Both the position numbers and the translations under genes were made by a program. Source: Tepidisphaera sp. (GTDB lineage Bacteria > Planctomycetota > Phycisphaerae > Phycisphaerales > UBA1924). Taken from it: a stretch of 64,000 nucleotides of DNA. Below, one piece after another: positions 21,703 to 29,203 of this stretch. The notes below the pieces were generated by a model. The model had not been told where the DNA came from and did no database searches. It saw nothing but the letters and a program-made list of their open reading frames with translations. The stretch's first letter is position 1. Every line of letters starts with the position of its first letter. The stretch is from NCBI GenBank assembly GCA_050916045.1, contig CP051526.1, forward strand, positions 480,001 through 544,000, given 5' to 3'.

Positions 21703-22518
21703 ATGATGTCACTCGCGCCCCTCAAAGCCCTCGATGAACTGCTGCGCGGCGCCCGCACGCCCGCCCCGCCGCCCGCCGATGCCGACGCCGCCGACGCCCT
21801 CGCCATCATCGACGACTCGCGCGAGAAACTCCCGGTCCGCTGGTTTCTGCCCGCCGCCATCATCCTCGGAGGCATCCACGGCGTCTTCGTCGGCATGTAC
21901 GCCCTCGGGTCGCTTTCCTCCGGCGGCTTCAAGCATCTGCTCGCCTGCACGGTCAAGCTGCCGATGCTGTTCCTGCTCACGCTTCTCGTCACGTTCCCAT
22001 CGCTTTACGTCTTCGCCGCGCTCGGCGGTTTCAAACTCGGCTTCGCATCCACGTTCCGGCTGCTCGTCGGCGCTATCGCGGTCAGCCTCACCGTCGGGGC
22101 GTCGCTTGGCCCGATCCTGGGATTCTTCACGCTCAGCACCACAAGCTATCCGTTCATCGTGCTCCTGAACGTCATGCTCCTGGGCATCGCGGGTGTCGTC
22201 GGAGCCGCGTTCCTGCTCCGCGCGCTACGAGCCGTCGCGGGCACCGGGGTGCAGCTTCCCCCGTTGCCCCGGTTTGAACCACCGTCTGATCCGACGCTTC
22301 ATCCCGAGTTTCCCTTCCAGCAAACCGTGCCGATCCGAAGCTCGCTCGCCGACCTGATCTTCTCGGCTTGGGTCATCATCTACGCCGGCGTCGGCCTGCA
22401 GATGGCCTGGATCCTGCGTCCGTTCATCGGAGCCCCCGGAAGCGACTTCACCCTCTTCCGCCCCCGCGCCAGCAACGTCTTTGAGAGCATCCTCCAATGC
22501 TTCGAGCGACTCTTCTGA
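21703..22518 (+). CDS. Conserved-looking integral membrane protein of unknown function
   Basis: KLPMLFLLTLLVTFPSLY, LGPILGFF, QMAWILRPFIG; multiple TM segments. Confidence 0.75.
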   Translation: MMSLAPLKALDELLRGARTPAPPPADADAADALAIIDDSREKLPVRWFLPAAIILGGIHGVFVGMYALGSLSSGGFKHLLACTVKLPMLFLLTLLVTFPSLYVFAALGGFKLGFASTFRLLVGAIAVSLTVGASLGPILGFFTLSTTSYPFIVLLNVMLLGIAGVVGAAFLLRALRAVAGTGVQLPPLPRFEPPSDPTLHPEFPFQQTVPIRSSLADLIFSAWVIIYAGVGLQMAWILRPFIGAPGSDFTLFRPRASNVFESILQCFERLF

Positions 22519-23147
22519 CCGACCATGCGATCTTCCGCATCGCCGAGCCACGGCTCGCGGTCACCACGCGGACGCTTCTCGCCGTGGTGCTCATCGCGGG
22601 GTCGATCGCCGGCGCCGCGGTCGGAGCATTCGCGTTCGACGCCCCCGAACGCTTGCTCGGCGTGCTCTACACCGCGCTCAAGGTCCCGCTCTTGCTGCTG
22701 GCGACGGCTGCGATCACCCTGCCCGGGTTCTTCGTGATCTGCACCGTGCTCCGCTTGCGCGAAGACTGGCCCGAGGCGCTGGGCGCGATCCTGCGCGGGC
22801 AAGCGGCGATGGCGTGCACCCTCGCAAGCCTCGCGCCGATCACGCTCTTCGTCTACGCGAGCGGCATCTCCTATCGCGGAGCGTTGCTCTGGAACGTCCT
22901 GACCTTCACCTTCGCCGCGATGGTCGCCCAAGCGATCATGAAACGGGCCTACGCCCCGCTCATCGCGAGGAACCCCCTCCACAGACGAATGAGTGTGCTT
23001 TGGACGGTCCTCTACGCCTTCGTCGGCATCCAGATGGGCTGGACCCTCCGCCCCTTCATCGGAAGCCCCGGCGCGTTCCCGACGTTCTTCCGCGAGGAAC
23101 CCTTCACCAACGCGTACGTGGTGGTACTCAAGCTCTTGATTCCCTAG
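22497..23147 (+). CDS. Integral membrane protein, paralog of the preceding gene
   Basis: KVPLLL..ITLPGFF, LAPITLF, QMGWTLRPFIG. Confidence 0.75.
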   Translation: MLRATLLTDHAIFRIAEPRLAVTTRTLLAVVLIAGSIAGAAVGAFAFDAPERLLGVLYTALKVPLLLLATAAITLPGFFVICTVLRLREDWPEALGAILRGQAAMACTLASLAPITLFVYASGISYRGALLWNVLTFTFAAMVAQAIMKRAYAPLIARNPLHRRMSVLWTVLYAFVGIQMGWTLRPFIGSPGAFPTFFREEPFTNAYVVVLKLLIP

Positions 23148-23197
23148 TCAAGCGGTGCTTCCCGCAACCGGTTCGCTCGCGCCCCGTACCTTCGGGC

Positions 23198-23974
23198 ATG
23201 CCACCGGACCCTGACGCAGCCGTGCTCCTCCGCCAGATGTGCGAGCTCTACGCGAACTGCTCGTCGTACCGCGATCAGGGGCAGGTTGTGACCAAGATGG
23301 TCTCCGCCCGCATGCCGGAGCGGACGGAACGAAAGCCCTTCGCCACGCATTTCGTTCGTCCCGACCGCTTCAGATTTGAGTTCCGGGCGCGAATGGGCGC
23401 AAGCGAGAACTTCGCCTCCCGCCATATCGTGTGGCGCGCCGATGGCGTCTGTGGAACGCACTGGACAATCGGGGAAGATCGTGTGGAGCGTTCGCTTCGA
23501 CTCGCATTGGCCGGAGCATCCGGGGTTTCGGGCGGATCAGCCCACAGGGTGCCGAGCCAGTTGCTCCCGAAAGAAGTCGGGCCCGGATTTCTCAGTTCTC
23601 TCAGGAATCCCGTTGCGACCGAGAGTGACTTGCTCGGCACTCCGTGCTTCTTGATCAAGGGTGCGACGAACGCGGGAGAAACGGCCGTCTATGTCGATCG
23701 GCGCACCATGCTGATCCGCGGAATCCGAGAGGCCCGCGACTTCACGGTGCAAGCCCAGGATCAAATGTACCGGGAATCCCAGGAAGCTCTTCGCGTCTAC
23801 GCCGAGCAGTTTCCCCAGGAAGCCGCTCGATTGAACCTGGGTTCGATCGAGTTCCGACCCAAGCCGGTCCCATTTTCCACCGAGACGCTCACCACCTACA
23901 CCCCGGAGGTGGACGTTGACATCGATCCGGAGGTTTTCAGGTCGCCGCGGGACGAACGCTGGCTCACCCTCTGA
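23198..23974 (+). CDS. Hypothetical protein, possible LolA-like fold
   Basis: LLRQMCELYA..SYRDQG..F.T.FVRPDRFRFEF and YVDRRTMLIR patterns resemble LolA/DUF2092-type proteins. Confidence 0.6.
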   Translation: MPPDPDAAVLLRQMCELYANCSSYRDQGQVVTKMVSARMPERTERKPFATHFVRPDRFRFEFRARMGASENFASRHIVWRADGVCGTHWTIGEDRVERSLRLALAGASGVSGGSAHRVPSQLLPKEVGPGFLSSLRNPVATESDLLGTPCFLIKGATNAGETAVYVDRRTMLIRGIREARDFTVQAQDQMYRESQEALRVYAEQFPQEAARLNLGSIEFRPKPVPFSTETLTTYTPEVDVDIDPEVFRSPRDERWLTL

Positions 23975-23980
23975 CGCCGC

Positions 23981-24760
23981 TCACCGCCCGTCATAAAGCC
24001 GGTCGATCAGCCAGCCCGGAAGCTGCGGGATCCCGCGCATCTTGTTCGCCGTCGCGTCGATGTCGTACGCCACGCGGGCGAATTCCGCCCGGTCCGGGTG
24101 CAGGATCAGGTAGCTCGCCCGCGGATCGTGATCGCGCGGCTGGCCGACCGACCCGACGTTGATCACGGCTTTCTCGCCCTCGCGCCAGCGATAGCACCGG
24201 TCCGAGCCGAGCTCATCGGGCGGGTAGAAATCCGGCTCATTCGTGAAGACGCCCGGCACGTGCGTGTGGCCGACCAGGCAGACCCGCGTCACGCGGTCGA
24301 AGATCGACTCCATCTTGTCGGGCGAGTTCTGCGGGTCGTCCGGGAAGATGTACTCGTTGATCGGCCGGCGGGGGGACCCGTGCACGGCCAGGATCGGAAA
24401 GGACAGATCCGGCGGCTGATCGACGACCCGGACGCGGAGCTTGCCGAGGAAGTCGTACCGCTCGGCCCGGCTCTTCTCGTCCGGCTCCTTGTCAAACTGC
24501 TCCCGGGTCCAGTACGCCGCCGTCTCGGCACCCTGGTTGAAGTTCGTCGGCTCGTAAAGCACCGCGAAATCGTGGTTCCCCATCAGGGCCCAGGCGCACT
24601 TCTCGCGGACCAGATCGACGCACTCAAGCGGATCCGGACCGTACCCGACCGTGTCACCCAGGCAGATGATCCGGTCGATCTTGCGAGCGGAGATGTCCGC
24701 GAGCACCGCCCGCAAAGCGGAGACGTTGGCGTGAATGTCACTGATGACGGCAGTCGGCAC
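23981..24760 (-). CDS. Metallophosphoesterase family protein
   Basis: SDIHAN, LGDTVGYGP, GNHD, HGSP, GHTH, NVGSVGQPRD; GTG start at 24760 inferred. Confidence 0.92.
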   Translation of the reverse strand: MPTAVISDIHANVSALRAVLADISARKIDRIICLGDTVGYGPDPLECVDLVREKCAWALMGNHDFAVLYEPTNFNQGAETAAYWTREQFDKEPDEKSRAERYDFLGKLRVRVVDQPPDLSFPILAVHGSPRRPINEYIFPDDPQNSPDKMESIFDRVTRVCLVGHTHVPGVFTNEPDFYPPDELGSDRCYRWREGEKAVINVGSVGQPRDHDPRASYLILHPDRAEFARVAYDIDATANKMRGIPQLPGWLIDRLYDGR

Positions 24761-25183
24761 GGAGGTGTCCAGATGGTCGCCGGACAAGGTCGCCCGGTTC
24801 GGGTTCGGTGAAGATCGGTGGGAAGAATAGCGAGTTCCCTCCCTCCCCGCACCCTTAGTGCGTTTCCGAGCCGCTCACGGTCTGACGGTTTCACCCCTTT
24901 GCGCCACAATGAGGCATTCACCGCATCGAAAGGCCCCACGGCGGCAGGCCCCGATCCACGCATGCCATCTCGGCAGACCGCCCGGACCGATCATGCCCCT
25001 GACGCCCCATCGCGGACGTTCGCGTTTGGCATCCCGCTTGCCTACCCCGTTTCTTCATGCGGGAGGTCCGGCGGTCCGATCCAAGACCGTCGGTCTTCCG
25101 TAACGTTGGATGTACCGCACACAGGGTCCGGAAACCGATCCGATCGGAACCCGAACCGCCAAGCGAAGAGGAAGGGACCACCC

Positions 25184-25789
25184 ATGCCCGCAGCAGCCGT
25201 TTCCTATCAGCGCACCCGTGAGATGACCATCGATGAGCTTTTGCTCGAGAACCGGGTCATCTTCATGATCGGTGAGATCAACCAGGCCTCCGCCGCCCGC
25301 GTCATGATGCAGATGCTCTACCTCGAGAACCAGAAGCGAGGCCAGGAGATCAACTTCTACATCAACTCCCCCGGAGGGGCCGTCGACGACACCCTCGCCA
25401 TCTACGACACCATGCGGTTCATCACCAGCCCCGTCGCCACCTACTGCATGGGGCGTGCCTATTCGGGGGGGTCCGTCCTCCTCGCCGCCGGCACCAAGGG
25501 CAAGCGATACATCCTGCCGCACGCCAAGGTCATGATCCACCAGCCCTACGGCGGCGTCGGCGGCCAGGCCGAAGACATCCGCATCCAGGCCGAGCAGATC
25601 ATCAAGACCAAAGCCGAGCTCAACCGCATCCTCTCCCGCCACACCGGCAAGGATGCGGAGGTCATCAAACGCGACAGCGAACGCGACCGGTACTTCACCG
25701 CCGAGGAAGCGGTGGCCTACGGCCTCGCCGACGAGGTTCTGAAGGAGCCGCCGCTTGAATCCTCCGGCGTGCTCGCCGGCGTTCGCTGA
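25184..25789 (+). CDS. clpP: ATP-dependent Clp protease proteolytic subunit (canonical triad)
   Basis: YINSPGG, GRAYSGG (Ser), MIHQP (His), SERDRY (Asp). Confidence 0.93.
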   Translation: MPAAAVSYQRTREMTIDELLLENRVIFMIGEINQASAARVMMQMLYLENQKRGQEINFYINSPGGAVDDTLAIYDTMRFITSPVATYCMGRAYSGGSVLLAAGTKGKRYILPHAKVMIHQPYGGVGGQAEDIRIQAEQIIKTKAELNRILSRHTGKDAEVIKRDSERDRYFTAEEAVAYGLADEVLKEPPLESSGVLAGVR

Positions 25790-25851
25790 TCCCCGTCTGA
25801 CCGGTCCCGCGTCCTTTCTTTCCCCCACGAACAACACCCACGAGGTTCCCC

Positions 25852-26478
25852 ATGTCTGGATATCTGGTTCCGATCGTCATCGAGAAGGGCGCCAAGGGCG
25901 AACGCGCCTACGACATCTACTCCCGCCTCCTCAAAGACCGAATCATCTTTCTCGGCGCCCCCATCGGCGACGAGGTCGCGAGCGTCGTCATCGCCCAGCT
26001 TCTCTTCCTCGCCAACGAGGACTCCAAGAACGACATCCACCTCTACATCAACTCCCCCGGCGGAAGCGTCACCGCTGGCATGGGCATCATCGACACGATG
26101 AACTTCATCGACTGCGACGTCTCCACGTACATCATCGGGCAAGCCGCCAGCATGGGTTCGCTCATCGCCACCTGCGGCGCCAAGGGCAAGCGGTACGCTC
26201 TCCCCAACGCTCGCAACCTCATGCACCAGCCGCTCCTCTCGGGCGTCATGGAAGGCCAGGCGACCGACCTTGAGATCGAAGCCCGCGAGATGCTCCGCCT
26301 CCGCGAACGCCTCTACCGCATCTACGCCGAAGCCACCGGCAAGTCGACGGACCAGATCGCCCGCGACTGCGACCGCAACAAGTGGCTCGACGACGGCGAA
26401 ATGCTCGAGTACGGCCTGATCGACAAGGTCCTCCAGCGCATGCCGGTGGTCGCCAAGCCCCACAAGGCTGAGGACTGA
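25852..26478 (+). CDS. clpP: Second Clp protease proteolytic subunit (Asn at the catalytic Asp position)
   Basis: YDIYSRLLKDRIIFL, YINSPGG, GQAASMG, LMHQP, DCDRNKW. Confidence 0.93.
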   Translation: MSGYLVPIVIEKGAKGERAYDIYSRLLKDRIIFLGAPIGDEVASVVIAQLLFLANEDSKNDIHLYINSPGGSVTAGMGIIDTMNFIDCDVSTYIIGQAASMGSLIATCGAKGKRYALPNARNLMHQPLLSGVMEGQATDLEIEAREMLRLRERLYRIYAEATGKSTDQIARDCDRNKWLDDGEMLEYGLIDKVLQRMPVVAKPHKAED

Positions 26479-26520
26479 AAAAGCCCCCTCCCGGAGGCAG
26501 GGGTTTGGGGGGGGTTTTGT
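26478..26520 (+). terminator. Probable intrinsic terminator after the clpP pair
   Basis: AAAAGCCCCCTCCC ... GGGGGGGGTTTT imperfect stem followed by T-run. Confidence 0.6.
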
Positions 26521-26596
26521 CTTCGCATTTTCACACCCACGATGAGACCGCAGAGGTCGATTCGTGGGTTTTCTCATAGCCGGTTGCTATCAACCT

Positions 26597-27832
26597 TTAG
26601 AAATCTCTTCCCGCGAGTCCGTGGCGTGTCGAGAGGACCGGAAACGGGATCGCGCCGTAGGGGCGACTGACCGGCAGGTCGGCGGGCGGGTTGGCGATGT
26701 CGATGAGGCCTGCGGACCCGTCGGCACGCCCGGCGGTGTAAAGGGCGATGCTGTCATCGCCCTCTTTATTGAGGTACTTTCCGCTGCCCGCGTCCCACGT
26801 GAGCCCTTTGTGCGAGGGGAACCGCACATCTCCGAGGGTCGAACCTCGGAGAAGGGTGTCGTCAATCGGCGCGTCGTCGGTGTCCCAGTACTGCGCGGAG
26901 GCCGAGCACCCGTGGGCAATCCGAAACTGAGTTGTAAAGACGCCCTCCGGGTATTCATTGAGTGAGTCATTCTCACGGGTACCGTCGTCGGTCACGGATC
27001 GCTTGCTGTTCAGGTACGCAGGGTGGAGAAGAGAGAGCCAAAGCCGCGAGTTGGCGCGAAAGTACGAAAGTCCACCGCCCGGGCTTGAGAGTTCGTCATA
27101 CCCGTTGATGACGAGCGGCCCCATTGGATTACCGGGTGTCCCGACGTACGGGAAGAAGTCTTTCGACGAAGAGGCGTAAGTGTTGATCGCGATGACAAGT
27201 TGCTGATGGGTGGCGAGGCTTACCGTGACCTTGGCCTGCTTTCGAGATTTCGAGAGTGCGGGCAGCGAGATCGCGATAATCAGCGCGATGACGCCGATCA
27301 CAAGAAGCATTTCGATGAGGGTAAACCCCGCGCGGACGCCGTTCCCGTGACCACGCGATACCGACCCTGGTGCCCCGGACGAGCCGAACCGAACACCGCA
27401 CCGGATGAGAAGCCAGCCGTTGACAATCAGCAGAGCGCCATTGCGGACTAATCCGCTCGTGGTATCCTCGCGGGGCCCCATCGACGATTTCACGAGCCCG
27501 AAGCATCCGCACGGACGCGGGGAGGGAGACAAACTGAGATAGATCAGTGTCAGGGAAAAGACTATGAGCGTTGCGAATGACAGGGCGAGAGTTCGGCGCC
27601 CACCCACGCCCGCGATCATTACCCCGCCGAGCAAAGCCTCGCCTATCACGACCATGGAAGCGACGCTCTTGGCGATTGGAAGATCGACGGGAAAAAGATG
27701 GTCAAGCACGGATGCGAATTGCGACACGGTATAGGCCTTGGTGACCGCGGCGCACAGAAACACGCCCCCGAGAAAAACCCAAAGTACGATGGTCAAAGAG
27801 TCCCGACGATCTGCTGTCGCTTGGATGTTCAT
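26597..27832 (-). CDS. MauE/DoxX-like membrane domain fused to a prepilin-type (DUF1559-like) domain
   Basis: GGAG RBS; four TM segments with LGGVFLCAAVTK, GEALLG, PCGCFG, LVRNGALL; then RAG-FTLIEMLLVIGVIALIIAISLPALSKSR at residue ~170; VRFPSHKG and ADGSAG near the C-terminus. Confidence 0.85.
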   Translation of the reverse strand: MNIQATADRRDSLTIVLWVFLGGVFLCAAVTKAYTVSQFASVLDHLFPVDLPIAKSVASMVVIGEALLGGVMIAGVGGRRTLALSFATLIVFSLTLIYLSLSPSPRPCGCFGLVKSSMGPREDTTSGLVRNGALLIVNGWLLIRCGVRFGSSGAPGSVSRGHGNGVRAGFTLIEMLLVIGVIALIIAISLPALSKSRKQAKVTVSLATHQQLVIAINTYASSSKDFFPYVGTPGNPMGPLVINGYDELSSPGGGLSYFRANSRLWLSLLHPAYLNSKRSVTDDGTRENDSLNEYPEGVFTTQFRIAHGCSASAQYWDTDDAPIDDTLLRGSTLGDVRFPSHKGLTWDAGSGKYLNKEGDDSIALYTAGRADGSAGLIDIANPPADLPVSRPYGAIPFPVLSTRHGLAGRDF

Positions 27833-27850
27833 GGCTCAGGACTCCGTCTT

Positions 27851-28696
27851 TCAGTACTCCAACGCGGTGCCGACTCTCGCAACGTTGTAGTCGTACACAC
27901 CGTCGAGCACCCAAAGCGATCGGCGCGGATCCCAGTAGAACGAGTGAACACGGGGATGCACGGCACCATCGCCAAACGTCGTAACCAGCCCGATCTCGGC
28001 CCAGACTACACGGCGATCACGCTTGAGAACGTCGCGCCAACTAGAAGGCGCGTTCCACCAGTTGCGTGTCGTTCCGCTGCTCTTTCCCTGCCAGATCTCG
28101 GCGGGCATGACCCCCGAGACAAAAGGCCTGGATTGGCTGGGGCTCGTCACCACGCCCGCGACCACAGCAAGCCCTTCGGGAGAATCCGCGATCTTGACAG
28201 GCTTCGCCGACCCATTCTCGACGAGTAGGCCGGTTGAAAAGAACTCCTTGAACATCGTCTCGACATCGCGACCTGGAGGGACGGGGGACTTGAAGATCGC
28301 AGAATAATCTTGTTCAATTTGCCAATTCGATTGCAGATCGTCGTAGGCACGAAGTATGTACCCCGACGCCCTCCTCCACTGAACGTACTTGTCGAAATCC
28401 TGAGTGACAAACCGCAGCGTGTAAAAGCGCGAAAATTCCTTCAGCAAAGCATCGATCGACCCCGAACCGTCGGGCAATCGACTCGGTAGCGTCGCGGTAC
28501 TCTTGTAGTAGTCGTAAAACGACGCCTCATCAAACTCAGTGCTCGATCGCATCGTGATCGCTCGGAATCTCTCCTGCGATTCTCGAACAATCTCAGCAGT
28601 ATCTCGCGGGTCGCGGGGAAGCCACCAAGACCGCGTCAGAATCGCGGTCACGGTCACTACACACAAAGAGACAACGCCGACTTGCCACGCTCGCAT
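27851..28696 (-). CDS. Hypothetical membrane-anchored or exported protein
   Basis: GGAGG RBS before ATG 28696; N-terminal hydrophobic segment; Trp-rich motifs YVQWRRASGY, WWNAP, FYWDP..WVL; tightly packed between flanking genes. Confidence 0.8.
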   Translation of the reverse strand: MRAWQVGVVSLCVVTVTAILTRSWWLPRDPRDTAEIVRESQERFRAITMRSSTEFDEASFYDYYKSTATLPSRLPDGSGSIDALLKEFSRFYTLRFVTQDFDKYVQWRRASGYILRAYDDLQSNWQIEQDYSAIFKSPVPPGRDVETMFKEFFSTGLLVENGSAKPVKIADSPEGLAVVAGVVTSPSQSRPFVSGVMPAEIWQGKSSGTTRNWWNAPSSWRDVLKRDRRVVWAEIGLVTTFGDGAVHPRVHSFYWDPRRSLWVLDGVYDYNVARVGTALEY

Positions 28697-28709
28697 GGGG
28701 GCCTCCCGT

Positions 28710-28958
28710 CTATTTGCAGAGATCGGTGGGAGTGTCCTTGCAGTTTTCAGTCGTCTTGCAGCTGCAAGTCCACGTCGTTCCGGTTCTAGGCTTGCAGCAA
28801 CAAGCATCCTCGCTTGTCGCGCACTGTACCGAGCCCGTGCAGCCGTTCGTGCACGTGCGAGTAACCAGCACAGCACTGGCGATCGAAGCAAACGCCGTCA
28901 TCGCCGCAACGACCGCCACCGCACGACCGATCCGATCCAAACGAGTGGTTTTCGACAT
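28710..28958 (-). CDS. Small secreted cysteine-rich peptide (10 Cys in a ~53-aa mature region)
   Basis: AAGGAG RBS; basic N-region, hydrophobic core, ASA-V cleavage site; stop 13 nt before the next gene's start. Confidence 0.8.
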   Translation of the reverse strand: MSKTTRLDRIGRAVAVVAAMTAFASIASAVLVTRTCTNGCTGSVQCATSEDACCCKPRTGTTWTCSCKTTENCKDTPTDLCK

Positions 28959-28988
28959 TAGTGTCTCCTTGGTTCGCCACCTTACCCC

Positions 28989-28999
28989 GGGGGGGGGGG
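28989..28999. repeat. G11 homopolymer tract upstream of the Cys-peptide operon
   Basis: CCCC followed by 11 G on the + strand, about 30 nt upstream of the ATG at 28958. Confidence 0.85.
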
Positions 29000-29203
29000 T
29001 CGCATGTCAAGCAGATTCTCGATTTTGGTCCTCTGCAGACACGATTCTCTCTGCGAGTGACATCGCCGCGTCGGAACGTGGTTCGTGGCATCGAAGTCAT
29101 CCGAAGCTGCTGAGTTCGATGCCAAGAGCACTTCGTGTACCGGAAACCCCTCTGCCTCGAAGACTCGGCACCTCATCCGCCGGGGGGCGGTGGAGGCGTT
29201 GAT

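Noticed and set aside
28710..28958. Lanthipeptide, ranthipeptide or thiopeptide precursor
   Set aside because: The leader looks like a Sec signal, and no LanM, radical SAM, YcaO or C39 transporter gene is adjacent
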